Origin: a virus
Taxonomy: Duplodnaviria > Caudoviricetes
Direction: 5' to 3' (one strand)
Virus record (IMG/VR): IMGVR_UViG_3300024229_000651
Length of the DNA: 64,000 nucleotides
Shown here: in pieces, positions 37,642 through 47,510 of the stretch
How the letters are laid out: each line of letters starts with the position of its first letter
Numbering within the stretch: position 1 is the stretch's first letter
Program-made: the position numbers and the translations under genes
The notes under the pieces: generated by a model
Database searches by the model: none
What the model saw: only the letters and a program-made list of their open reading frames with translations
What the model was told of the DNA's origin: nothing

Positions 37642-38100
37642 TTAACTAATAACTATATCTTCCATACCAGCAGTTCGTAACCGAGTGATATGCCCTATTT
37701 GCCATTGCTTAGTATCCAGGCCTTTCATTATTCCTAAATACTTATTCCTAATTAATGCATACTGATTACACAGGTGTGTTAAGTTTATTACGCTATCGTC
37801 GCTGTCAACAAACTTTTCGGCGTCTCTGCTACTTAACTGCCTATTGTATGTTTCCAGATACTTTCGAAAAACCTTACTGCGTTCTTTACGCAATTCTATA
37901 TTCAGGTGCTCCAGTATTGCTTCAATTTCCTGTAACTGGTTAAAACGATGCTCAGTAATGCCAGGCAGAGCAGCACTAGATTTCTCTAGGCTGCCCTTAA
38001 TGTGGCATTCGTATTTGGATTCCTCAAGTTCGTTCTCATAGAAGTCAATTGAGTCAACTAGGGTACTGAGATCGTCTACTACGCTTCGATACCATCCCAT
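37642..38100 (-). CDS. uvsY: Recombination mediator UvsY
   Basis: YLETYNRQLSSRDAEKFVD, KGLDTKQWQIGHITRLR; located next to uvsX. Confidence 0.85.
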   Translation of the reverse strand: MGWYRSVVDDLSTLVDSIDFYENELEESKYECHIKGSLEKSSAALPGITEHRFNQLQEIEAILEHLNIELRKERSKVFRKYLETYNRQLSSRDAEKFVDSDDSVINLTHLCNQYALIRNKYLGIMKGLDTKQWQIGHITRLRTAGMEDIVIS

Positions 38101-38105
38101 TTACT

Positions 38106-38339
38106 TTACTCCCAGTCAAACCCTTCATCATCGTTTTCTTCCTCTACATCAAAATGAGATTTTGCTGCAGCTTTCAGAACAGAATCAAAGGAACTAAATT
38201 CTTCCTCAATGCCCACGAAGTCAAGTTCTTCGTCAAGTACACGGATAAGTTGCTCCGAGGCCTCGATTCTATCCTTCTTTGGAATAAAAGTTTTGATAGT
38301 GTCCCAAACACTAATAAGTACTTGTATGTCAGGATTCAT
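38106..38339 (-). CDS. Small acidic hypothetical protein
   Basis: Co-oriented ORF between uvsX and uvsY. Confidence 0.65.
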   Translation of the reverse strand: MNPDIQVLISVWDTIKTFIPKKDRIEASEQLIRVLDEELDFVGIEEEFSSFDSVLKAAAKSHFDVEEENDDEGFDWE

Positions 38340-39438
38340 CGATCAGTTCTCCAGTGTCATTATTTTCAAATGCGCTATCATCTACATCACCTACATCAAT
38401 ATCATCTTTCTGTGGGTTCTGTCCCCATTCATCAATAATCAATTGGAGTTTTTCGCCTGTCCACTGCTTCCTAAACTCTTTGATAACTTCGCCTGTGATA
38501 GGGCTAGTGTACTCGAGTTTATTACCAGTTTTTTGCACAATGCCCTTTGCTTCAAACATCTCTAACAACCCACTATACGGGTTCATGCCTGATTCATAAG
38601 GAATCTTAATTTGTACACCCTCAAACGGTTTGCTGTAACGACTCTTCATTACTTTACATGCGGCACGAATACCTTGTACAGTTGAAGTTTTATTGCCGTC
38701 CTCGTCTTCCTTGAGTTTCAGTTTACGCATAGCAACAACAATACTACTTGCATAGATAAAGCCTTGACCGCCGCTGATTTTATCATCTGGGTCAAACATA
38801 TCTTGCGATGCGTATGTGTGGTTAGTTGCAACAATACCTACTGGGAATGGTGCAATTTGGTTAACCATGTTACGCACTAGGGCAGTCAGAGCCTTTGGCT
38901 TTCTACCCATATCGCCTTTCATGTCGCCTTTTTCAAATTGTGCTACATCAGTTGGTGTAAGTAACATACCTAGACTATCAATAACAAATAACAATTTAGG
39001 CATATCTTCATAATCTAAATCGCCATAGTTACTTTTATAGTCTTTCATAAAATCACTCAAGGTCTTAGCAACATCGTCAATCATGCTAACACCAATTTTG
39101 AGTAATTTATCAGGTGTAGTATCTACTCCTAACGCTTGTAGCCAATCCTCATCAAGTGCGTTTTCGCTATCAAATAATACCACTTGGCATCCTTGATCTT
39201 GCGCTGCTTTAGTGATATTGCCGGAGCAGATAAAACTTTTACCTGATCCGGATTCACCTGCAAAAACACTAACCTTACCCAGTGGAATTCCTTTATTAAA
39301 GTCACTACTGATTAAGTAATTAAGTGTTTTGTTTCCTGTGCTGATCCAGTCTTTAGGATCATGGAAGCCAGCACTAATGCCTGCAATAGACTTAGTGACT
39401 GACGTCCTGAACTTAGTCAAGTCGAATGGTTTTTGCAT
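38329..39438 (-). CDS. uvsX: RecA-like recombinase UvsX
   Basis: GESGSGKS, FDSENA, IDSLG, TNHTY, SGGQG. Confidence 0.95.
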   Translation of the reverse strand: MQKPFDLTKFRTSVTKSIAGISAGFHDPKDWISTGNKTLNYLISSDFNKGIPLGKVSVFAGESGSGKSFICSGNITKAAQDQGCQVVLFDSENALDEDWLQALGVDTTPDKLLKIGVSMIDDVAKTLSDFMKDYKSNYGDLDYEDMPKLLFVIDSLGMLLTPTDVAQFEKGDMKGDMGRKPKALTALVRNMVNQIAPFPVGIVATNHTYASQDMFDPDDKISGGQGFIYASSIVVAMRKLKLKEDEDGNKTSTVQGIRAACKVMKSRYSKPFEGVQIKIPYESGMNPYSGLLEMFEAKGIVQKTGNKLEYTSPITGEVIKEFRKQWTGEKLQLIIDEWGQNPQKDDIDVGDVDDSAFENNDTGELIDES

Positions 39439-39449
39439 AATTTAACTCC

Positions 39450-40478
39450 TTAACTACGAGAGCGAATCATATTTAAAATATCATCCGCGCTAGGCTTTTC
39501 GCCAGTTTGCTCTGCAGATGCTACTTCAGCTGTAGGCGTTGGCTCAACAACCGGTGTAGTATCTGCTACTGTTTCTACTACTGGAGCAGGTGCTACTGGA
39601 GCAGGTGCTGCTACTGGAGCAGGAGCAGGAGCTGCCGCTTGTGCTGGCGCTGCTTGTGCTGGAGCACTAGATGCCTGTACAGCAGTGCTTGGAACTTCTA
39701 CGCCATACGGCTTGTAAAAGTTGCCCCACTGTTCTGGATCATACAAATCACCGTTTACACTTGCTTCAAACATCTGTGCAATTGCTTGGAGATGTGCTTG
39801 ATCTGGTCGCTTAGGTAAAAACTCCTTCAGTGTATGCAAGCCGTTTGCATCAATTGCCGCAAGTTCAACTGCGTCTAATGCACGTTCTTTCCTAGAGTAC
39901 TTTGATGTACTATAGTCAGCATACTGTCCTTTAGTAGTTTTAGTAACACGGAAGTCTGTACCGTTAACATAGTCAACTGGCAAGTTTTCCATATCAGGAT
40001 CCATTAATGCAGCCTTGATAATGTTAAAAATTTGAGGTGAAATAACAAATCTGCGAACAGGGTTGTCAGGTGCTGTTTCGTTTAAAGGATTATCTGTAAC
40101 GAAACCTTGGAAAATATAGGAACGCTTCTTCCAATACTTGCGGCCCATGTCTTCTAAACTTGGGTCTTTAAACCAAGGACGAACCTCAGTTAGTACTGGA
40201 CAAGTGTCTCCGTACATTTCTGCACAAGGTACTTGTACAGTTACTGGCTTCATGTCGCCACCTTTTACTCCTGGGAAGGTCAAACGAATCATTTGTCGTT
40301 CTACCCAAAAGAAGTCATTGGTAGTGTCAGCATCAGGCAAGAAACGTAGTGTTGCACTTGTTCCTTCGTCGATGTTCCAGTGTGGATAAATTGCGTTGTC
40401 ACTTTGCTGTGACGGTGAGTTGGAACCTTTTGATTCCATAGATTGTAGCTTTGCTCGAATTTCTGCTAAAGATGCCAT
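39450..40478 (-). CDS. Single-stranded DNA-binding protein (T4 gp32-like)
   Basis: LRFLP, CPV, YWKKRSY, GTDFRVTK, YADYSTS; Ala/Pro-rich C-terminal linker. Confidence 0.9.
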   Translation of the reverse strand: MASLAEIRAKLQSMESKGSNSPSQQSDNAIYPHWNIDEGTSATLRFLPDADTTNDFFWVERQMIRLTFPGVKGGDMKPVTVQVPCAEMYGDTCPVLTEVRPWFKDPSLEDMGRKYWKKRSYIFQGFVTDNPLNETAPDNPVRRFVISPQIFNIIKAALMDPDMENLPVDYVNGTDFRVTKTTKGQYADYSTSKYSRKERALDAVELAAIDANGLHTLKEFLPKRPDQAHLQAIAQMFEASVNGDLYDPEQWGNFYKPYGVEVPSTAVQASSAPAQAAPAQAAAPAPAPVAAPAPVAPAPVVETVADTTPVVEPTPTAEVASAEQTGEKPSADDILNMIRSRS

Positions 40479-40542
40479 AATGTTTTCTCCTAATATGTGC
40501 CATGTGTGTCGCTGCGTCTGGGTTTATGCAGTAACTTGGGTT

Positions 40543-40571
40543 ATAATATATTCTTTTAGCCATGTTGTCAA
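40543..40571 (-). promoter_or_regulatory. Sigma70-type promoter TTGACA-N17-TATTAT
   Basis: Upstream of the gp32-like gene. Confidence 0.6.
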
Positions 40572-40658
40572 CCTTTTTTTGTCTTACGACAATAACCGCT
40601 GTCTTTGTTATGATACTATTTATTCTATGTTAAAAAATTATCAGTTTTTTTTGGATTA

Positions 40659-41927
40659 TCAATCACTTGTAACAAAAGTGTTCAAAAATGCTTCGTATTC
40701 CTTTGTTCTGCCTTCTGCTAAATCTTCTGCTATTGGTGAAGATGCAGGGTTTTGTGCTGAGAGTAACGATGCTTTTACAGCCCTATACTCCATTGCATCT
40801 AGTGTGCCTCCATTAGATAGTTTGCTACCAATACTACCTAAGTACCTTGACAACTGCTGATCTTTTACAACTGAACTCATCTGGCCTACTTGATAGCCTA
40901 ATCTAGATCGCGGGTTTTCAAACTCTACACCGCTTTCTGCAATCATATCTTTTAGGTCGCCAAACGACTCATTAGATATAGCAGACATAATATAACTTTC
41001 AAATGCATTTCTTCTATTAACCAAATGCTTAATAGTGTCTACTGCATTAGCAACCTTGTCGTCAAAGTGAGTTTGAGTAAAATGCTGTTCTAAGTCAACT
41101 TCTTGTATGAGCTCAACGCTACTGTGATCTGTAACACTTTCAACTGCTGACGCATATGTTTTAACACCGCTTAATTTTTTAAATGTTTTTCTAATTTCTT
41201 CAATATTTTCAAAAGCAAGAGTAACATATTCTTGATTGCTTTCTGTTACTAAATTATTGGTCTGGACATAACGTACAAACTCTCGTAATGTTTTTAGATC
41301 GCCGCACATAGCAACAATGCTTTCACCGATATTATCGTGCATTGCTCCGCCATTATGAATATGTCGTGCCATTGCCCTTGCGCCAGCTAAATTTTTACTT
41401 GGGAAGGCAAATCGCTCTTCTCCTCGTTGTATAAAAATTTTACTAATATTCCTACTTCTTGCTCCGCGCACTTCTTCATTTACTGGCTTTGCATGTCGAA
41501 CAATTATCTTAACATTATCCAGTGGCTGGTAGCTTGTTTTTACGCTTCCGGTCATTGTGCCGAAACCTTCCATTACGCCTGATTCTTCCATTTTACTCTC
41601 TTTTTTAATATTTGTGGATTCACTACTTGGTTTAAGTGTTTTTCCAAATACTCTAAAATCTGTTGTCATTAAGTATGTTTTTGCAAGATTTGTTAGTTGC
41701 TCTCGAAGTTTATCTGTTTGCTCTGTGTTTTCTGACACACTGAGTCTTATCTCATTATCTTCGACATTTAGTGTTACAAGCAAATTGGGGTCTTCTACAA
41801 AAAATCTAAGTGCTTCTGCTGGATCGCCGGTTACTTCACCTGCACTATCGAAAATATCGACAGAGAATCCAAAACCTTTTAAAAGCCCGTATACTTTATC
41901 TGCGACTGTTTTTACACTAATAGCCAT
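40659..41927 (-). CDS. Hypothetical late protein (probable head/structural)
   Basis: Late promoter at 41949-41956; SD GGAG; follows the terminase gene. Confidence 0.65.
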   Translation of the reverse strand: MAISVKTVADKVYGLLKGFGFSVDIFDSAGEVTGDPAEALRFFVEDPNLLVTLNVEDNEIRLSVSENTEQTDKLREQLTNLAKTYLMTTDFRVFGKTLKPSSESTNIKKESKMEESGVMEGFGTMTGSVKTSYQPLDNVKIIVRHAKPVNEEVRGARSRNISKIFIQRGEERFAFPSKNLAGARAMARHIHNGGAMHDNIGESIVAMCGDLKTLREFVRYVQTNNLVTESNQEYVTLAFENIEEIRKTFKKLSGVKTYASAVESVTDHSSVELIQEVDLEQHFTQTHFDDKVANAVDTIKHLVNRRNAFESYIMSAISNESFGDLKDMIAESGVEFENPRSRLGYQVGQMSSVVKDQQLSRYLGSIGSKLSNGGTLDAMEYRAVKASLLSAQNPASSPIAEDLAEGRTKEYEAFLNTFVTSD

Positions 41928-41982
41928 AAACTAAAAATCTCCTAATAGTATTTATCATTTCAGACTATTAATATAGTCGTTA

Positions 41983-43581
41983 TCACAGGACACCGATTGG
42001 CATTGGCCCTTCATCGGATCCGTCATCGTATTCATTATAATTGTATGTTGTTCCGTCACCGATATTGCTGTGGATGACATCGTACACTTGGTCTTCAAAT
42101 GTTCCGATAAATGATATCATTCGACATGCTATTAACATGCTCATGACTAAGTCATCTTTTGCACCTGATTGTGCTGCAAATGATGTGCCATTTGACACAA
42201 AGTTTTTTAGCTCAGACAATAAAGGCTTGCTTGCTATCGTTAATTTATCTGACTCTATTAATCTTTTTAAAAGTATACACCCTTCCATTTTAGTTTTACT
42301 ACTAGTATGGAATCCTTTTCTTCCACGATGTCCTTGTACTTTAACAGGATCATGCAACATTTGGCCTGGAAAACTTTCTTCGCCTGTTTCCCTAATTACT
42401 AAAAGGGCCGCTTCGCCGATGGTGTTATTTTCTACAGTCCAATACAAATCTGCAGGATCGTACTGTTGTATCTCTTGTAGTATGCGTCTGAACAAAATTA
42501 ATTGTTTTTCTACAGGAGTTTTATTATGGCACCATTCTGCAACCTGCGTCATACTGGGTAGTTCAACTACTTGTATAGCTGCATTATCTCTACCTGTGCC
42601 CGACGAAGGATCTAATGTAACGGCATATATGTTACCGGGAGTTGGGCGTTTGTACCACCGAATATTTTCAGCTGAGTACAAAGGGTCTGCTCCTTCTAAT
42701 GCATTAATCTTTAACGGGTCGATGAGTGTTTCGTTATATATAACAAACTCACACTCGTGTTCTCTCCTAAAACGTTCTTCGCCTAAACTGGCTCTTTCCT
42801 GTCTAGCCCAATTATCATCCCGTTCCGGGTGCTGGTCCCAAGTTGCAAGATAACCTCTAAAGCCGTTAACGCCAACTGGAGTTTCGAATCCAGACTCGTC
42901 AAACGTACTATTCGCACCGTACCATATATTAGCAAAAGTATCTTCGTCACTGTTAGGCGTACTAGTAACAATACACTTACCGCCCGTAGCAAGTGTAGGA
43001 CTCAGAGACGTCCAAAATTCCGCAGCAATTCTAGGTGGAACAAACGCAAACTCGTCCAAGTACACAAGTGTCAAAGACATACCACGACCAGTTGTTTCTG
43101 TTGTGGTACTTGCAACTATTCTACTACTGTTATCAAAAGTAATGCTGCCTTTGTTGTATTCTGTCACTCCAGCTCTAATGTGGTCTGGGCAACTCTCGTA
43201 TGCATATCTAATACGTTGCATAATTTCGCTGGCGCCAGTTGCTTTGTGTGCTGCAACAAGTATTGTACTGTCAGGCTTAAACATAGCATACCACAGCAAG
43301 TATCCTGCGGCTACAGTGGTTTTACCCATCTGTCTGCCCAGCATATTAATACTGTAACGATATTCATTATAGTTTTTAATAAGATCGAGCTGATATTCGT
43401 AAGGGTCAAAATCTATGCCGCCCCTAGTTGGGTGTTGTATTTTAACAAAATTTTCCATAAAATACAACGGGCCGCTATCGTCATCTGCGCATTTCTTAAA
43501 TTCTATGAGCATATCCCCATCGTAATCAATTTTGAGATAGGGCGGTTTGACAAGTTCTGTGTTTGCTGTTCCTTTTGGCAT
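41983..43581 (-). CDS. terL: Terminase large subunit (T4 gp17-like)
   Basis: PYEYQ, RQMGKTT, VYLDEFAF, TSTPN, LDPSSG.GRD, KDDLVM. Confidence 0.96.
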   Translation of the reverse strand: MPKGTANTELVKPPYLKIDYDGDMLIEFKKCADDDSGPLYFMENFVKIQHPTRGGIDFDPYEYQLDLIKNYNEYRYSINMLGRQMGKTTVAAGYLLWYAMFKPDSTILVAAHKATGASEIMQRIRYAYESCPDHIRAGVTEYNKGSITFDNSSRIVASTTTETTGRGMSLTLVYLDEFAFVPPRIAAEFWTSLSPTLATGGKCIVTSTPNSDEDTFANIWYGANSTFDESGFETPVGVNGFRGYLATWDQHPERDDNWARQERASLGEERFRREHECEFVIYNETLIDPLKINALEGADPLYSAENIRWYKRPTPGNIYAVTLDPSSGTGRDNAAIQVVELPSMTQVAEWCHNKTPVEKQLILFRRILQEIQQYDPADLYWTVENNTIGEAALLVIRETGEESFPGQMLHDPVKVQGHRGRKGFHTSSKTKMEGCILLKRLIESDKLTIASKPLLSELKNFVSNGTSFAAQSGAKDDLVMSMLIACRMISFIGTFEDQVYDVIHSNIGDGTTYNYNEYDDGSDEGPMPIGVL

Positions 43582-43589
43582 ATTGCTAT

Positions 43590-44462
43590 TTATGTACTGA
43601 CTGCTTCCAAACTCGTGAAAACTAAGCTCTCCTCGAAAAGATCATACATATGCTTTTGAATATCGACTTCATGCTCTACAAACAGTTGGTGCATAGAATT
43701 TTGCGAAGAGGTTTTGTCAAAATAATCATAGACAATTTTTTTGTAATAATTATCAGCACTAATTACTTTTTCCCATACATCGTCTGGCAATTTTATATCA
43801 AACACACTGGTAATAAAATTAGCATGCTCTAAAATAGAGGGGTGGAAGTCTGAATAGTCTGGGTGGAACTCAGTGATCACTGAATCTCGTTTGTTGTCTA
43901 TATTATTAGACCAAAGAACTTGGTAAAAGCTATCTGTTAAAAAAGGAGTTATGTGCGGTTTATAAAAGTCTACTATAGAGGCAAATCTAGAGGATTTAGT
44001 TATTTCTGTTTCCCATTGGTCGAGAGATTCAAACATGTCGACCATTTGTAAAAATTTAAAATTAGTTTTATACTGCAATAACTGCGAAGATGCATACACA
44101 ACTGTATAATCTCTTAATGCAGAATTACAATCGTTAACGTAATTTTCTACATAGTTGTCATTATATAAACTCTGAGTGTATACGTTGCCGGGCGTGATCC
44201 ATTTGTCTGTTTTGTCAAAGAAACGATCTTCGCGACGAATATTTGTCCACTGCACAATTACAAGGTCACGTTTAGTAAATTTATAGTGTATATCAGCTTG
44301 TTGTAATTTTGTAAAAATAAACTGATTGCCGGCGCCGCCTGTGGCGTAATTATAATATTCTATGTTGGGGTTAGCTGTAGCGAGTATATCGGCCCAAGTA
44401 GGATAACACCATTGAGTGAAACTACAGCCGAATACAAACAGCCGATCAATTTCGGAAAACAT
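43590..44462 (-). CDS. SGNH-hydrolase-like protein
   Basis: GCSFTQW, NYATGGAGN, SDFHPS. Confidence 0.65.
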   Translation of the reverse strand: MFSEIDRLFVFGCSFTQWCYPTWADILATANPNIEYYNYATGGAGNQFIFTKLQQADIHYKFTKRDLVIVQWTNIRREDRFFDKTDKWITPGNVYTQSLYNDNYVENYVNDCNSALRDYTVVYASSQLLQYKTNFKFLQMVDMFESLDQWETEITKSSRFASIVDFYKPHITPFLTDSFYQVLWSNNIDNKRDSVITEFHPDYSDFHPSILEHANFITSVFDIKLPDDVWEKVISADNYYKKIVYDYFDKTSSQNSMHQLFVEHEVDIQKHMYDLFEESLVFTSLEAVST

Positions 44463-44941
44463 TAGCGGCTGTTTCGTAAATAGTCTCTAAGACGGTCTCT
44501 CAAGACACCTGTGATTACTGATTTATCTGTAGTTGTAGGCATAGAACTATGTGCGTCTGGGTCCATTTCTGTAGGTGGTTCACACGGCATTTCTTCTTGC
44601 TCTGGTTCTACTTCTTGCGCTGGTTCTTCTTGCTTAGGTAATGTAATGCCTGCTAGTTTAAGTACATCATGCAGTTCTTGCATACTTTCTGCTCTTGCAC
44701 TCACTGTAACACTAGCTGATCCTTTGCTCTTCGTTTTGGTATAATTAACACTTTCTGTTTCTTTCGGTTCTGTTTCGGATTGTTGATCTGTTGGCATTAC
44801 CATCGGTAATCCTTCTTCTACTGGGTCACAATCACATTCACCTGGAGGACATGTGCAGTCTGCAGATCCGCATTGTGGGCATTTTTCGCCCTCATTGAAC
44901 TCTTGTTCAAAAATATCTAATAAATCACGCATGCTTGCCAT
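44462..44941 (-). CDS. Acidic hypothetical protein with a Cys cluster
   Basis: CPQCGSADCTCPPGECDC; E/P-rich. Confidence 0.65.
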   Translation of the reverse strand: MASMRDLLDIFEQEFNEGEKCPQCGSADCTCPPGECDCDPVEEGLPMVMPTDQQSETEPKETESVNYTKTKSKGSASVTVSARAESMQELHDVLKLAGITLPKQEEPAQEVEPEQEEMPCEPPTEMDPDAHSSMPTTTDKSVITGVLRDRLRDYLRNSR

Positions 44942-44942
44942 C

Positions 44943-45638
44943 TTAGTGCCTCAGTCCTTGATCATGTAAACTGACCATTTTATCGTCTGGGCCGCCTGCT
45001 CCGCCATGTGCAAGTCCAGTAATTGAATCGTGCATTGCGCTCAAATCGTCACCCATTAATTGATCTTTTGTAGGGTATGATTTGAAGTAATCCTCGCCCT
45101 TTTCATCTCTAATTCTTTTTAGCTCTGCAACAAATTTGTCGCTGTAGCCTTCGCCGAATGTACTCAAGTCGTCATCAACGGAATCCTGTTCATCGACATA
45201 ATGTGCCATATCGTCCTTAAGGAGTTCTGCTTCATCCGCATTAACAACACGGTCCTTGTCTCTGCTAACTCGATCTTCTGCCATTTCAGACTCAATACGC
45301 CTAGGATCATTTACACCATAACATAATACACGATCATGTGGTACGTCTAAATTAACAGATAACCATACTTCTAATATACGCTGGTTTACAGGATATTTTA
45401 GGATAACATCTGTACTACATACTTCGCTTGTGAATGTGGAGCCTTTCAGTCTTTGAAATTCCATAGGATTTTCTTGAATAGGTAATCTTTTCCATGGGGT
45501 GGTACTTACCAAATTATATTTTTGTAAGCACGACTCTAGCTTGGACATGTCGTCTGCTGTGCAGTCCTTAGCAAGTTTGATCCGATAACCGTATTCTTTA
45601 CTAAAGGATTCGTTTATAATATCTTTTAGTTCTCTCAT
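44943..45638 (-). CDS. Hypothetical late protein with CTS-like leader
   Basis: MRELKDIINES; late promoter at 45663-45670; GAGGAG SD. Confidence 0.7.
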   Translation of the reverse strand: MRELKDIINESFSKEYGYRIKLAKDCTADDMSKLESCLQKYNLVSTTPWKRLPIQENPMEFQRLKGSTFTSEVCSTDVILKYPVNQRILEVWLSVNLDVPHDRVLCYGVNDPRRIESEMAEDRVSRDKDRVVNADEAELLKDDMAHYVDEQDSVDDDLSTFGEGYSDKFVAELKRIRDEKGEDYFKSYPTKDQLMGDDLSAMHDSITGLAHGGAGGPDDKMVSLHDQGLRH

Positions 45639-45685
45639 AAGTGTAAAACTCCTCGTTACACTTATTTATCATAAATAGTAAAAGT

Positions 45686-46321
45686 ATGTACATTAAGATT
45701 AGACCAGACCAATTCAACCGTATGAGATCGTGGACTGTTCCACTAGAAAATCAGTGTTGCCCTAATATCAAATTGTTAAACAAATTTGATCAGACTGGTT
45801 ACGACTTATGTGAGCTAGAGCAACAATATGCCGCAATAAACACAGACATTGTTACTAAAATGAGATACAAAAACTCTATACGCAAAGATTGGTTAGAGTT
45901 TGACATTTTAGATCGAGGTGCGCACATAAACCATGCAGACTTATACGAGAGAAAAGGATTCGGTGGATACGCATTAGAACAAATAAATCATTGGGCTCCG
46001 TGCTGTCCTATTTTGTACAAACTTTCCAAATTAAAAGGAAAATGGGGGATAGATCTCAGCATAGATTATGTTGATAATCAGGGTAATGTATTTGAATTGT
46101 TTCACTACGAATGGGACGACTTTGAGTTATCGTCTGTACAAGATAAAAAAGAACAGATTGAAGAGATTTTGCTCAACACCGATTGGGATGATGTTGCATT
46201 AAAAAAATTAGCTAGAAAAGACGAATGGAAGAACTTAAATTTCTTTGAGCAAAGTGCTTGGACTACAAAATTTTTGGGTTTGCCGGAAGAGAGATATAAA
46301 CTTAATCCTTGGAATTTATAA
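45686..46321 (+). CDS. Hypothetical protein
   Basis: Single + strand gene; CATAAATA at 45670-45677. Confidence 0.7.
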   Translation: MYIKIRPDQFNRMRSWTVPLENQCCPNIKLLNKFDQTGYDLCELEQQYAAINTDIVTKMRYKNSIRKDWLEFDILDRGAHINHADLYERKGFGGYALEQINHWAPCCPILYKLSKLKGKWGIDLSIDYVDNQGNVFELFHYEWDDFELSSVQDKKEQIEEILLNTDWDDVALKKLARKDEWKNLNFFEQSAWTTKFLGLPEERYKLNPWNL

Positions 46322-46796
46322 TTTTTAGCAATTCGTTCCTGTCTAACGAACCACCAGACCCTGCATCACTAGATTTACCAACATTATTCCTGTCTAACCG
46401 CTCTTTCTTAATCATAAGATCAATTTGTCGCAACTTTGCAGTAATTTTACTATCCCTTGCTTGCAGTGCGGTAGTCAACATCTTACTTGCGCTATCAAAA
46501 ATGCTTCCAGCTTCTCTGTCACCTACATTCATACCTAGATTCATTAGCTGCTGATAACTGTCGACTGCTTGTTGAGCAATATCATCCATCTCATCACTGT
46601 GGTCTTCTAACCCTTTTACACTAGACAGAGCTTTATCTATTTTTTCAGCGTTAGTAAGTGCACGTTGCACTTCTTCGACACTGATAATTTCTGTAGATTC
46701 GACTTCGTCGGGCATATCAAACAATTCGTCATCTGATTCTATAGATGTTTGAGACATTGGCGGTAAATTAAATTCTTCTTCGAGTTTCTTAGTCAT
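46302..46796 (-). CDS. Probable terminase small subunit (T4 gp16-like)
   Basis: Helical 164-aa protein ending LDRNELLKII; near terL; start MTKKLEE lies 5 nt after CATAAATA. Confidence 0.5.
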   Translation of the reverse strand: MTKKLEEEFNLPPMSQTSIESDDELFDMPDEVESTEIISVEEVQRALTNAEKIDKALSSVKGLEDHSDEMDDIAQQAVDSYQQLMNLGMNVGDREAGSIFDSASKMLTTALQARDSKITAKLRQIDLMIKKERLDRNNVGKSSDAGSGGSLDRNELLKIINSKD

Positions 46797-46821
46797 AACA
46801 GTATTTATGATAAGTATTATC

Positions 46822-47496
46822 ATGATAGGGATAATTGCAGGCTACAGGACGGGGTCTACTACACTCATTCACGAGTTAAGTATAACACAGAATCTAACTT
46901 ACGAACGTGAACATACTGGTGAGCTAGACTTTTATACAAACCTATTCAGTTACCCAACGTCTATAAATCAGATATATAAAATAATGCCAACTGATAATAA
47001 TCTTAGTGGGGAGACTAGAGAGTTATTTTATAAACACTGGCTAGACAATAGTTCTAACTTATTTTACACTGTAAGACATGATCTCACTGCTCAGATAAAA
47101 AGTTGGGCATTAGCTAGTATAACACATCGCTTTCACCCGTTTGAATTATCTGAGGTTCCTGAGATTCATATTAGACATCTTGATACTGATTCAATTCATG
47201 TTAGTAGGTATAACAATGCAAACAATACTGAATTTGAGACTATTCAAGAATGTCAATCTCATATAGACAACACATTTACTGAATCATTATTACTTTCTTT
47301 TGGGGGTCAAATTATAAGCACCATTAAGAATCAATACGAAATATATCGAAAGTATAAAGGCACAGTTTGTTGGTTAGAAACTAGAGAAAAAACTAATATT
47401 AAGAATAATAAGAAATATTCAATGGTTTTTTCGTTGCCAGCAGAGTTCGAGTCGTGGCATTGTGGTTCTGTTGGTGAACAACATTTTAAACAGTAA
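46822..47496 (+). CDS. Sulfotransferase-like P-loop protein
   Basis: N-terminal IIAGYRTGSTTL resembles the PAPS-binding RxGST loop; YTVRHD..AQIKSW resembles the 3'-phosphate-binding helix motif. Confidence 0.45.
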   Translation: MIGIIAGYRTGSTTLIHELSITQNLTYEREHTGELDFYTNLFSYPTSINQIYKIMPTDNNLSGETRELFYKHWLDNSSNLFYTVRHDLTAQIKSWALASITHRFHPFELSEVPEIHIRHLDTDSIHVSRYNNANNTEFETIQECQSHIDNTFTESLLLSFGGQIISTIKNQYEIYRKYKGTVCWLETREKTNIKNNKKYSMVFSLPAEFESWHCGSVGEQHFKQ

Positions 47497-47510
47497 ATTT
47501 ACCTGCTGTA

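Noticed and set aside
40479-40571. Two ACATGGC copies 60 nt apart in the gp32 leader, and an overlapping upstream ORF
   Set aside because: The first ATG lies inside the promoter spacer and would not be transcribed. Two 7-mers are weak evidence, and I could not find a T4-style autoregulatory pseudoknot.
20652-43581. Inteins or introns in helicase, UvsW, UvsX, ThyX and terminase
   Set aside because: All have ordinary lengths and contiguous motifs, with no Hint or LAGLIDADG/HNH signatures seen.
42041-43659. Long + strand ORFs (270 and 276 aa) opposite terL, and similar ones at 4241..4795, 19161..19763 and 56878..57174
   Set aside because: Antisense shadows of well-supported minus-strand genes: Ser/Thr/Leu-rich composition produced by the sense codon bias, with no RBS or recognisable motifs.
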